NCBI GenBank assembly: GCA_000004985.1
Contig: GG738867.1
Reading direction: 5' to 3' (one strand)
DNA length: 64,000 bases
Origin: Naegleria gruberi
Taxonomy: Eukaryota
Below the pieces are notes generated by a model, which saw nothing but the letters and a program-made list of their open reading frames with translations, did not search any database and was not told where the DNA came from. Position numbers and translations under genes: made by a program. This document shows, piece by piece, positions 43,469 through 55,981 of this stretch. Numbering within the stretch: position 1 is the first letter of the stretch; each line of letters begins with the position of its first letter.

Positions 43469-46400
43469 TTACTTGAAATATTTAAGAGATAGCAACTGGG
43501 ATGCTGATGGCCTTTGATTTGCATCTTTTTCTAACATTTTCAAAACTATCTCTATCAATTCCTCAGAATATTCACTCTGACTAGATTCCTTCATTTGATT
43601 GGTCAATATTTTTGTTGCATTCTCTGATTGATTTCCCATTAGCATGTTACTAATCGAAGTTGCTTGATCATTGGTCATGATTTGATATATTGAAACACCC
43701 AAAGAGAAAATATCTGTATTGAATGAATACGAACTACCAAGTGCAACTTCAGGACTCATAACTATTAATCGGTTAAATTTGTGAATAAAAACAACTACTT
43801 ACAAAGTGGAGTTCCAACATAGGATTGACCAGTCATTTCTTGATACTTTTTAGCCAATCCAAAGTCTGCTAATACAATGTCAATATTCTCACTTGATAAT
43901 TTCTTGATAAAAATGTTAGTTGGCTTAATATCTCTGTGGATAATGTGCATTTCTTCGTGAACGAATCTCAAAGCTGTCAGCATTTGCTTCAAAATTTGTT
44001 TGATAATCTTTTCACTGCAAATTTCTTGTTTCAATTTTGTTAAATCTCCTGATTCATAATAATCTGTGTCAATAATCAATAAATTATCATTGGTAATGAA
44101 ATAGTCATTAACTTTGATAATATTTGGATGATTAATATTACTCAATTGAGATGCCTCTTTCATAATTGTATTCAAATCTGTAAGGTTTTCAAATTTAACA
44201 ATCTTGATCGCCTTCAACTTGTTTGTCTTTGAATCTGTCACTTTGTAAACACTTCCAAACGCTCCTTGTCCAATTCTTATAATATTTGAATATCTGGAAA
44301 ATGGATTTGCAATATTTGATCCAACAGAAGAGTTAGCAGATGAGGAAATAATCATTGAGCTCATAGAAAGGAAATTTGTATCAGAAAGTTCAACATTTCT
44401 TGCTTCTAATTGAGCTATTTCAACATCTTTCTTCTTTTTCTTTGAGAAACACATAATAATTACAATGACCACTATGAAAATAGCAATTAAAATCAGCAAG
44501 ACTGCAACTATAGGTATCACAATAGCTACTGCCAATACTGTAGAATCAATTGATTGTTGACTTTTCTGAATTTCACAAAATTGTCCTTCAAATCCATTAT
44601 TACATTGACAAGTGTCAAAATCAGAACATTGTCCATTTCCATTGCAAACATTTTCACTAGTTGCCACTGTTCCATTGCAACTCAATTTGGCATCACATGT
44701 ATTATTCCAAGAATTATAAGTAAAATTCTCTCCACAATAGGGAATAACCTTGCGAATATAAGCTCTACCATCAATAAGAAAGATTTCACCTGTACTTTCA
44801 TCATATTCGACTTGTTTTGAGAAGAGTGTAAACATTGAATAAATTCCAAATCCATCTCCATTAAATTTTGCTGATTCAGCTCTGGAACCAGCAATATCCA
44901 CCAACAAACCACTTTGTTTCTGATACATTCGAACAAGATACGTACTAGAACCATCCAAAATAATGATATCCCCATTCCTTTTCACATAGATAGCAGATGG
45001 TTTATCAATAGATGATGACAATGCAGGTAATCTATCCCCTGAATATCCAGTAACAAAGTTTCCAACCAAAGTTCTCAAATAATAAGTGCCTTCTGATAAT
45101 TTTTCAATTCTTCTAATGGCATTATCTGTTAAAATATAAATAAATCCATTATTATGGTGAATATTGCCAATTGCACCAGGATTTGTTTGATTGCTAATTA
45201 TTCCATCATTGATGGAAATATCCAACATGTTAGAGAATGCAAATTCGAGTGAAATAATTTGAGTTTTCATGTTGTATCTATAAATGGAGAAGAATAAGGA
45301 AATGAGCAGATCGCCATTTGTATCATCTATTGTCATTCCAGAGATTATTAATGGACAAGGAGAATCTATACCCTTAACACCAGTCTTGAATTGAGCACCA
45401 AAAGAATTTCCAATAATTCTTTCAAAATTCATAGTTTCTGGATCTATTCGAACAATTCTACATTCGTCCTTAATGTATATCTTTCTATCAAACTTTGAGA
45501 ATGTAGCATATGCCCTTACCATATTCGGCACTATATTCAATGTTAAATAGGGTGTATCCACTGGAGTAGATGTGGATAAATACATGGACGTACTGAGAGA
45601 GGAGGACTTTCCAGTTGTTTCATCATATTTCTTCAATGTCCTAGTATCAATATAGTAGCATACCTTCTTCACAGGATCTCTCATTAGAATGAGTGGATTT
45701 ATTGTTCTAGAGACTGGGTTTAGTCCAGCAATTGTGGAAATTCGCCCACTAGAAATTTCACTAAGGTGAAACATATTTTTCACAAGAATACTTGAATTGT
45801 ATCTGGTAGCAATTGGGGTATTCCTATTAAGGGGTTGAAATTAGTAGTCAATTGACCAATATTGAGAATGGTATTATTACTTACAGAGCTGAGTTTTCGA
45901 ATGGAATATTCTCACCATTATATCCAAGAACATGTTGTGGTGAAAATAATCCAATCCACCAATTTTCTGCAAAGTAAGTGTTTCCAATTGAAAATTATAA
46001 AGTTGACCAACTGTCCAAAAAAATAAATTTCTGTCATTTCTTGAAAATCCTTCAAAGGTCAAAATACTTGGCATTTTCCAATTAAAAACTTTCATTGAAA
46101 CAGTTTCATTCTGAAAGTCAACATATTCATACAGCATATTCTCTACATCTGAATATAAAAATAGAGAATTTGAATTGGGATATCTTAAATTGGGAATAAC
46201 ATTAAATTGTCCAACCGCTCCTGGCACCAAATTAATTTGTAATTTTTTCACAATTCCACCTTTTTGTAAAACTAGAATTGAATTTTGAAAATCTCTGAAG
46301 TAAATTGTAGAATTTTCAAAGGAATCACCAACTGCAGCCAATCCCTGACTTATTGGATAATTCTTAGAGTTTAGAATGAATGTCAAATTTTGAGTTTCCA

Positions 46401-47249
46401 AATTGAAATTGTAAAGTGAAAAATCTTGACCAAAATTGTAAAGTAAAACATCACCATTTCCAATATAAAACAAATTGGTAATTTCAAAGAAAGTTCGTTG
46501 TGGAATGTTGGCACTGTACTTGGGTGCAGTTTCTTGTTGACAGCCCAATACTGTTTTCAACTTTCCATTCGAAACCTTTCGTAAGTAATATTGACTTTCA
46601 ACAAAGTACAACTCATTCTTATAGTAGAATGGGAAAGTAAGAGATGCTGCTGAATACATTTGGAGAGGAGAAATATTTTCACCTTTTGAGTGAATAATTA
46701 TGCCACCTGATAATGTGGAAACCATTTTGGTTTGCAGATCAATCTTTCGAATACATCTATTCGATTTATCTGCCACTATTATTGTATTTTGGGTGACAAT
46801 TAAAGAAGATGGTTCATAAAATTTGATATTGGGAGAATCGTATAATTGATTATCACCACCATATCCTTCTGACCCTCCAATAAGTATTTTGGTTTCGTCT
46901 GAATTCAGCAATTTCATTGTACGAAATTATTACTTTGAGATGAAGTGTAAATTTCACCTCCACTAGAAACATAGACACCATATCTTTCGAATAGTTATCA
47001 ATTGAATCAATCAATTATTCACTTACAAATTAGATTGAGCCACTCCTCCATCCACAATTCTATACTTTCCATTTTCGTCAATTGACTTGACTCTTTCTGC
47101 ATCTGTGAAATAGACAATATCCTTATTACATATCCAGCATAAACTTCCACCACCGACAAGTTGTTAAAAATCCTAAACACCAAATGTCTTTCAGCATTTG
47201 CAACAAAGACATCTCCATCCAACCAACACATTCCAGTCGGGGACAACAT
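43469..47249 (-). CDS. receptor-like Ser/Thr kinase: NHL-type beta-propeller repeats, EGF-like module, transmembrane helix, NEK-like kinase domain; multi-exon (at least 4 exons, internal boundaries approximate)
   Basis: Kinase exon 43803-45779 has 'HRDIKPTNIFI' and 'DFGLAKK'.
It is spliced over a 41-nt GTAAGT…TTAATAG intron (43762-43802) to the last exon 43469-43761 ('GTPLF|MSPEVALG', subdomain VIII-XI).
Upstream: a TM segment 'LAVAIVIPIVAVLLILIAIFIVVIVIIMCF' and an EGF-like 'CNGNGQCSDFDTCQCNNGFEGQFC'.
NHL-like repeats continue in ORFs 45877-46917 and 47019-47249 across short introns (GTAAT/GTAAGT sites at about 45876 and 47018).
The 5' end is unresolved. Confidence 0.6.
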
Positions 47250-47405
47250 GTACGCATACTTTGCCTCAACTAGTTCAAAATTAGTGTTGAAGCACTTTCC
47301 TGACCAATCCTTTGAACAAATGTATTGTAAATTTTTTAATTCAATATATATATGGATATATTAACATGGTGGGAAAAGTAGTTTTCTGGAATTTATTTCA
47401 ATAAT

Positions 47406-48413
47406 TTAAAAATCTTCATCAGTTGAAGGAGACAAATACAAATTTTGTAATTCTTCTAATTCCCTTTCGTTGATAGACAATTTATATGAAGAAGGTGAAT
47501 TTGAATTTGTTTGAAATGTGATTCTTGGATTCTGTTGAAGAAATAAAGAAGTTGGAATTGTAGAGATAAAGGAAGAGAACTTGATAACATGTAGCATTGT
47601 ACTGACCATTTCCAATTTGAAAGTTTGAGGGAGAACATTGAAAGATAAGTAAATACTATTTGAACAACTCAATTGACTAATCAAATTGAAGAATTGTTGC
47701 TGAGTCATTTTGGAATCAAGTTTTAAAAACAAACATCTGATGAGTTTTTCTGCCTGCTCGTTAGTTGTGTACTTTTCACTCAATGAAGAATCGATCAAGG
47801 AAATTATTCTTTCTGGATTTGTGGCAGTTGTTTGATTTTCAATGAATTTTGAAAGCCATAATTGATGCAGAGGAATTGCCCTTTCTTGATCAGTGATTAG
47901 CTTATCTATACAAATCAAAACTAATTGGGCAATGTAATTATCCATGTGGTTTTCTGGATTTTTCTCCCCGAACTTTCTTAATGTGTGAATTGCAACTGGA
48001 AATGAATTCTGACATTGTAAAGTCCACAATTGTTTCAAATGTTCAAAGTGAGATTTCATTCCAAGCTTGGAATACATATCGTACATTGATGAAAATTCAT
48101 CGGTTTCAATTGTAATGGAGGTGTAAATGGATTTGATAGCTTTTTCACAATGCATGGCTTCAAATTCGGTTGAGCAAATTAGTTTTAGGATGTGTTGATT
48201 ATCTTGTTGTTCAAAAAGACCTCTCAGAACTTCACTTGAATTTGCAATGAAACATCTGTGAGCTTTGATTTCCATAAAACATTCATTCTTGGTATTGATT
48301 AGCTTGTTTACAATAATCTTGATTTGCAAATCGGGAAATGAATTTGGATTATCATACATACAACCTCCTTTGATAGGAAGAGTGAAGAATACTGTATTGT
48401 TATTCTTTTTCAT
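47406..48413 (-). CDS. BTB/POZ-domain protein
   Basis: ATG ORF of 335 aa.
'DLQIKIIVNKLINTKNECFMEIKAHRCFIANSSEVLRGLF…EFEAMHCEKAIKSIYTSITI' matches the BTB core (f.aHr.vLaa.S.yF). Confidence 0.55.
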   Translation of the reverse strand: MKKNNNTVFFTLPIKGGCMYDNPNSFPDLQIKIIVNKLINTKNECFMEIKAHRCFIANSSEVLRGLFEQQDNQHILKLICSTEFEAMHCEKAIKSIYTSITIETDEFSSMYDMYSKLGMKSHFEHLKQLWTLQCQNSFPVAIHTLRKFGEKNPENHMDNYIAQLVLICIDKLITDQERAIPLHQLWLSKFIENQTTATNPERIISLIDSSLSEKYTTNEQAEKLIRCLFLKLDSKMTQQQFFNLISQLSCSNSIYLSFNVLPQTFKLEMVSTMLHVIKFSSFISTIPTSLFLQQNPRITFQTNSNSPSSYKLSINERELEELQNLYLSPSTDEDF

Positions 48414-48662
48414 GATTAGTGGGTTGAATCTGTTGATACTTTAGTGTTCTAATTAAAGAGAGGTTTGGAAATTCTTTTATGTGGAATTCAGTTTCCCGCC
48501 AAATTTTTCCTTGTTTCAAATTGTTCACTGAAAAGTAATTTAAATATTTATAAACTTTCCCTTCTGAAGGGTATACAAATTCGAAAATCCCCTTTCGAAT
48601 AATAAGGTTACAGGCATATTATCTGTACTGGCCATGTTATATATTAGTTAGTTAATAAGAAG

Positions 48663-51600
48663 TTATTGTTGTGGACATTGTGGTCCTTTGTTCTGATTCA
48701 TTAAGGCAGCGTTCATCATGAGCATTCTTTGTAGTTCTTCTTGATCTGGATGGAATTCATCAGAGTCATAATCGTCAAAGTCATCATCATCATCATCATA
48801 ATAATCACCACCTCTATAATCATCCTCATCATCCTCCTCATCATCATCATCATCGTCATGTACTGTTGTAGGTAATTGTTGAGAATAGATAGAACGTTGT
48901 TGATATGTTCCCTCACGTCTGGCAGGTTGGTGTCGAATGCTTCTAACAAAACTTTCATCGTCACCAACAACTTCCTCTTCCTTATCACTTTCTTCCTCTC
49001 CAAATAGGACAGCTTGGTGGTCCACTTGTGCGATTTGTTTGATTCTTGGAATAACTCTATTATTATCTTTAAATCTCTCCATTTGTGAACCAAATTTTCT
49101 AGTATTCTTAACTTTGTCTTTTGTAACAACATACATATTCCTAAAGTCAATAACTCTTCCTTCCTTATCATCAGGTAATGGAAATTCTGCATCTTTAGTA
49201 TCTCTTGTCTTTAAGAAAGCACGATATTTCTTTTCAAATAGTTTTGACATCTCTTTTGAATAAGTGGTTTGTCCTTCTCTCCAAATATACGTATTCTTTG
49301 ATTTTTTAAGTCTGGTTCCAGAAATGTATGCATCTTGGAAGAAATTTCTAGTGTGAGGGAAAAAGCTTCCTACGTTTTGAGTACCAGGACTGGCTGTAAT
49401 AAATTTCAGTTTGTTAGATTGTTGTTTGACCTTTTTCTTATTTCCAGATGATTTTGAATCTGGATCCACTATGACCTTAATATCGTTAAGGGCTGTTTTT
49501 ATAAAAGGAGGGTTACTACTATAGTGTCTTATGCCATATAACTTGTTTGAAATCTTTCTACAGACATCTCTCGGAGTACTATAGTCAGCTAATCCGGCTG
49601 TGAAATCCACATAAGGGGCAGAAGGACGAATAAGTTTTCTTTGGGTTTGTTCTAAAGTATTACCTCCTCCAACAGACCACCACATTGAATTCTTTCTAGT
49701 ACAATTTTTAATTCCATTTCTAATTAGTAATATTCTTGCTAGACCAGTGACTTGCTGAATATTCAATTTCTTTTTTCTACCAGTAACGCCCCACCAATCA
49801 CTGTTTTGTTTCAATGAATCAGAATCTGTCAAAAGTTTGTTACATATTTTCTTTTCTGAAAAACCAGGAACACCAATTCTAAAGCCTCTCAATCTTTAAG
49901 AAAATTAATCCTCATTCTAATAAATAAATACTTACGCATATTTTACAAGTCTAGTCTCGAATCTAATTAAGGTATTGATTAGATATCATGAAAAACAAAC
50001 TTACGTTGTAGATTGACGATCTGGATCAACAATATTACACCTTGTAGAGAATGCTTTAATGGCCCTTGGTAAAGCATAAACTTGATGTCCATCATATGCA
50101 ACACAACAACTTGCAACATCAAATCCCATTAGTATTTCTGACATACTCTTGTAAATTCTTAAAATAATTTGTACTTTTCTAAAATTAGGATGGAAAGTAA
50201 AAGTGATTGCATTATCTGTTCTTATGATTGCAATGTCATTTAGCTCAGTCTTTCTGTTGTATGTTTTTTTCAAAAAACTAGAATCTGGAATACTGCTGAC
50301 TTGTTTTTTTAAGTGTTCATAAATGTAAATTATCTTATCTATTGCCCTTTTTTCGTCAATATCATAAAGGAAGATGTCAATATCACTCTTAACAAAATTT
50401 TTCTTGTAGTAAGAATATAAATTTTTTTCTGGACTATCTTCTTCCTTCTTCCTGGACTCCTTAAATGCTACGAGTTTGGAAAATTCTTCGTCTCCAGAAG
50501 ATGTAAAGTAATCACTATTTTCAAGAGTTTCTACTTCATCATTGGATTCATCATCTTCAGTCCAATATGGCTTATCATTTGGATCACTGTATGTATTTTC
50601 CTCAATTTCAAAGTTTTTCTTCTCGGCTTGAGGTTTCTCTTGTTGATCAGCAAGTAATAAGCAGTTTAACACTGAACCTCCAGCGCATGCAATATTTGAC
50701 CAATCGAGGTCTTTCAATAAAAAACATGAAAAAGCATCGAATTGATTTTGGAAAGTTTCTTTTGAATTGCAAATAACTGGGATTGGTGGTTTTTTGATTT
50801 GTTCACGTTTACACAATTCTGCAGCCTCTTTTTCATTTTCAAAGTCGAAAAGAGGGTAAATAGAGGATGGTAGCTCTGTTTTCTTGCACAAATCGGAAGA
50901 TTCATCATTAAATAATTCTATCAAGTGTAGTTTTGGATCTTGTAAAATTGGATTATTTCTTTCTAATAAAGAGTTATACATATCTCTCAAAAAGTCTTCA
51001 TTTTTCTTAATGTTGAGATTAGTTTCACCTAGCAATTCGAAAGGAAACCTAAGTGGATCGAGATGTTCAAGCAAAAATTTAACATTCAATTCTTTTGCCA
51101 AGTTATAAAGTTGCTTTCTTGGTGCTACTTCTTTTGGAATATTAGCTGTAAAGTCATCAGAATTATAACACTCAACTAGTACTCTAAAGGTAGATGGGTC
51201 TCTATCAATGAATATCTCCTCATCGTTTCTTTTTTCTTTACAAAGAGTGGTTAATAAACTGTCACGATTAATAAGTTTTTCAAAACCAATTTCAAATAGT
51301 ACCCCTCTTACATTGAATTTTTTGAGTGGTTTTTCAACTTTCTCATCTAATTCCTTCAATTTATCTCTTAATTTGACTAGCTCAGTGTCTTTATCAGCAA
51401 CATATTTATCAAAAAGCTCCTTCTCTTCTTGTGTCAAATAGACAATATCTCTTGTTAGCAATTTAGATTCTTCTTCATCATGTTTTCTATTCTCATCTGA
51501 TTCATTCTTCTCTTGATTGGAATTTGATAATATTTTTCTATCCTTCTTGATTTTGAGTGCAATAATATTACTCAACTTTTGAGTTCCAAAAAAGTCCGAT

Positions 51601-52271
51601 TCTTCTAAAAGGTTTCGTAATTCTATCAAACTTTCTTCAGATGGGTATTCTTCAGGAATGCCGATATATTTTGTTGATCCTGATGAGAGAGTTAAATAAG
51701 GGTTCATAACAATTAACTTACCTGTTCTAATATGTTCTAAAATTATTGGGAAATAATGTGGGTTTCTATCAGCAATTACAATACATCCATTCTCATCTTT
51801 ATCAATTGGGAATTCAGAGTTGATCATAACTTTCAACATGTTTTCTCTTTGGTTCAGTGTTTTCTTGGTTGTTGTGTAAATACCTCCACCAATATTCAAC
51901 TTGATAATATTCTCAGCAGATGTATCATTCGTTGCACGTAATTCACTCAAAGTTGCAGTATCCGATTTGCTATACAAAGGAATACCAACAATACCTTCCT
52001 TGTTGAATTTATCTACCAAGCCTAAAATTTTAATTCGTTGCTCAAGTGAAGCCTTCTCCTTCTTCATACACATCAGAGGAGTGAAGGAAACTTGTTCAGT
52101 TCTTGGCTGATCACTCTTCAGAAGTGGAGTTGTTGGCGATTCTGTTGCCGATGATGAAGAACTCTCACTTGCCGGTGCTGAATTGGATGGCTTTGTGGAG
52201 GTTCGTTTGGCCAAATAAATCTTTCGTTGTGGGGGCATTTTTTTTATTACTGTCGGTTTTGCAGCCTTCAT
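48663..52271 (-). CDS. large protein with two KCTD-type BTB domains and a D/E-rich C-terminus; 3 exons including a 27-nt micro-exon (50005-52271, 49936-49962, 48663-49893)
   Basis: BTB-1 'IIKLNIGGGIYTTTKKTLNQ…CIVIADRNPHYFPIILEHIRTGKL'.
BTB-2 'VRGVLFEIGFEKLINRDSLLTTLC…IFIDRDPSTFRVLVECY'.
The 782-aa ORF ends 'ACA AC|GTAAGT'.
A 42-nt intron, micro-exon 'ATTCGAGACTAGACTTGTAAAATATGC' and a second 42-nt GTAAGT…TTAAAG intron join in frame to the 409-aa ORF (…DPDRQSTTFETRLVKYALRGFRIGVPG…).
ATG chosen at 52271 (MKAAKPTV…). Confidence 0.55.
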
Positions 52272-52365
52272 TCCAATCAAGGCTCGAACAAAAAAACCAA
52301 GCCTTTGATTCACACTACAAATAATTACAAATAATGAATACAACAACAAGAATATTGGTTTTTAA

Positions 52366-54912
52366 TTAAGCAATGGTACATTTCTTTTTCTTTCTGACAA
52401 TTCTTTCTTTTGGAGGATACATTTGTCGAAAATTACTCAATGAAGAAATGATTTTTGCACCACCCAACACATCAAAAGATCCACCTGATAATCCCTTCTT
52501 TACATCCCATACTACATGTTGAACTGTACAATGAATATTTTCTTGATAGGTGAAAGAGGCATGTGGGAATTTTGTTGTAAGAATTTCAATGATTGTTGGT
52601 TTCATATTTTCTAAATGAGCTAATTCTCCCACAATTATAAAATTGCTAGAGACTTCCACCTTCTTATTCCTCTCACGAATAATAGTTTCGTATTGTGAAA
52701 TTGAATTGAGTAGTGTGCTCAATATATTTGAACCTATATGAATTCTCTTCTGTTTTCCTACATATTTAGGTGTCCAAGTTTGTGAAATATTTACTGGTTC
52801 AATGTTTAACTCTGATTCATTGGTATCAATAGTTGGAGGAATATATGCACTCTTAAGAACATCCAAACTCTTTTCATTGCATTTAGATTCTTCATAAACA
52901 ATGTATTCTCTAACAGTTTCGTGTTCAATCACAGGAATTAAATAAACTCCACTTCTGTTGACTTTCAAAACAGTACAGGTTGGTTTTTGATAGTAAATGG
53001 TTCTAAGTTTTTCCTCATCCACATAAATTACATCAATTTCCAACTCGTCCTAATTAATGATATGTTATTTGTTGATAAATAGTGACAGAAAATACTTACG
53101 AGAATGTTGCTTACTTTTGAAATAATGGAATCTGTCCAAGATAGTGGAACTGCTAACAGCAACGGTGTGAAAAAGCTCTTTTTCAAATCGTCTTGATAAA
53201 GTTGAATAATTAGTTCTTTAAAATAGTCATAATCCAAGATATTCGAATTGCAATCAAGAATAAGATTTTCTTTGGAACAATCACGCTGGAAGACTTGATA
53301 TCTATCACCACACACGAGACTTTTAAATCCATAGGCCAGAACATTAAAGTGGGAACCAACTTTTTCTGCACACAAAGCTGGAGAAGAATAAAATAAAGCC
53401 AAAGATGAAAGTCCAAATCTGTAAAATCCATCAATAAAGTCCAATAAGATGACATCTGAGAATCTATTCTGATATGATCTCGATATAAAAGCATGATACC
53501 AATCGCCTATTGTCTGTTGATATTGATAAGTTGCTTGATTTTCAATTGAAGTAATAACTCCTTCCTCTATTTCTTCTTCGAAGTCTAGATTTTTAATTCC
53601 AATTTCTCGACCAAGTGGAACTATAGGATTGATTGGCCATTTTTGAGAGTATCTTTCTTTCCAAATGTATGAGTGTCTTGTAATGGCATTCAGTTCTCTA
53701 TTAAGCTTGAGAAATGTTTGAGAAATTTCTTCTGCTTTCATAAATGAAAATATGGCATAGAAAGCATCTTCTGAAATTGCATAAATTGTAATTGGTGAAT
53801 CTTCTTTACGAGCCGATTGTTCAATTCGAATGCTTTTTGATTCGTTTGTGTGTAAATCCTGAGCTTGAATAAATTTTTCAGTTGCTAATTTAACATTTCC
53901 TTCCTTCTCTAATTGTTCACTTTCTTCCAATAATTGTAAAACTTTTTGGTATTGACTATTTTCAATGTAATTTTGCTTGTAGACACTCTCAGAATCTATT
54001 CTCTTAAAAATCATTTCAGTTCTCACAACATATTTGAAACCTTCCTTTACATAATCTCCTGAGTGGTAAATATCATGATTAAATATTGCTATGGACCCAG
54101 CTTTTGGTTGAACTGTTAAGAGTTTCTTGAATTTCATTTTTGAAAGGTCTTCATTTGTTTCGTCTGGAATCTTTTTCCAAAAGGTAGTTCCGTAAGGAGA
54201 ATCATCTAAATAAATAAGAATGGTGAATATACTTCTCTCATTGTCATTTCTGACAAAGTGAGAATCCATGTGAGGTTTAAAGAAATTTCCTTCCTTATAT
54301 CTGTTAAATCTCAAACATTCGGATAATTCTATTGGAACCCATTTTCCATTGTTATCAAATCCATATGGCTTCACATTTGTAATATCTTCCTTCTTCATCA
54401 TTGGTCTATTTTCAAAATAATAACATTCAAAAACCACGAGACTGTAAAACCTACACTATCCTATTCCATAATATTTCAGCAACTTTCTTACTAGTTACCA
54501 CTACTCTCTCACTATTTCTATACTCTTTTGAATATTCTCTATCAATCGAATGATACCCCAATTCATCAGTCACATCGATCAAATCTTGACATTCCTCCGG
54601 AGAAAGAACTTGTTCCAACACGAACAAACAATCAAGACAAGTAAATTCTTGTTTCTCATTGCCATGATCATTTGATTGCTGATTATCAAATATTTCATCA
54701 TTATTTAATAAATCAATTTCATAAATATTCGGATCTATGTGAATTTTCTTGTGTGGAATTAAATAGTCAACCCGAGTTGGGGAAGTTTGATCTTTTTGAT
54801 GGGAAACAATGATTGGAACTCTGCGTTGTTGTTGATTTGAAGTAGTTGATAATTCTTCAGTTTCGTCCCAAATATTTGCTTGTAGATGTATGTGTGGTGG
54901 AACTCGATTCAT
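52366..54912 (-). CDS. prolyl-4-hydroxylase-like 2OG-Fe(II) oxygenase fused to an F-box-like/unknown C-terminal region ending in a polybasic CaaX box; 3 exons (54455-54912, 53100-54405, 52366-53049)
   Basis: ATG at 54912 (MNRVPPHIHL…).
2OG oxygenase motifs 'FKPHMDSHF' (HxD), 'IFNHDIYHSGD' (distal His) and 'KYVVRTEMIF'.
Intron 1 GTAGGT…AAAATAG (49 nt) removes in-frame stops between ORF 54451-54948 and ORF 53028-54437.
Intron 2 GTAAGT…TTAATTAG (50 nt) joins '…KVSNIL|DELEIDVIYVDEE…'.
The protein ends 'RKKKKCTIA*'. Confidence 0.55.
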
Positions 54913-55981
54913 TTTTTTAATGCAATTGTCTTTAAAAAAATACAACAACTGTTTGAGGGAAACAGTTAGCGTCTTTGGCTAGAGGCCAGGTGCTAGCAGC
55001 ACAGAGGTTGATCAACTACCAAAACTTGAGCATCGGGTTTAGAAGTCAGAGCAAATCGCGTACTCATATTAGCATGGAGGGTAATATAGTACAACTACCT
55101 TACGGTTCAAAGGTTTAAAGTAGATTTGGGTTGATCAACATGGGCAAAAATAAAATAGCTAAGGTAATAGGAGAAGTGGAGAGTAATGATTTAATTATGA
55201 AAAGAATTTGAATGTATTGTAAAACGAAAACACATTGGTTCGTTGATATTGGTGAAGAATTAATTATTAGCATAAGACAGAATGTTCCATCCATTCCGCT
55301 CGGTGTCGTTGAGCAGGCACATAGAAGACTTCCTGGTTAACTCTTATAACATCTTTATTAAGTGTATTCCTATTTATGGATAATCAAAAGGTTTAGTTTC
55401 GTTCCAAATCAAGCTTGAAGGCTAGGCGATAACTCCAATGTCTCTACAAAAGTCCCCTTCATTTTAAATAATGATGTATCTGTGAAAGAAGCGCTGCTTC
55501 CTGCGAACTGTTTACAATTGGAGATCATTGACTTCACGTCTTTGAAGCAGGAATCTGAATAGATTCGTATTGTAAACGTAATAAAACATTACCAGATTTT
55601 TTTAATGCAATTACAGAGATTGTAAATCCAAATTCGATGAATTGTTATTGCATGTTTTAATTATCTCAAATAATCTGAAAGGAAGAGTGTTTGATTTGGA
55701 AATTTAATACATTCGATTCTACGTCGACTCTAAATCCATTTGGTTGATATTTGAATAAAAAGAACAAAAATTTGTTTTCGGAAAGAGAAGTTGAAGTGTC
55801 TTGTGTATCTATTCCATCTTGTTCAGGCAGTCTTTTCACTTCCAAACTCAACCTTTACAGCCCAAATGAAAGTGTTCTTTTTTCATTTACTTGACGAAAA
55901 GGTGATGGCTCTGACATGTAGTGAACAACTGTCTACTTCAAGTGTCGCCTCGTTTAACAAACTTCAAAAACAAATCATTCA

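Noticed and set aside
55440-55620. Near-palindromes (GAAGCGCTGCTTC; repeated GAAGCAGG) upstream of actin as a defined regulatory element or snRNA
   Set aside because: They are short and imperfect, and I could not tie them to any known motif. Most likely ordinary promoter or 5'UTR sequence.
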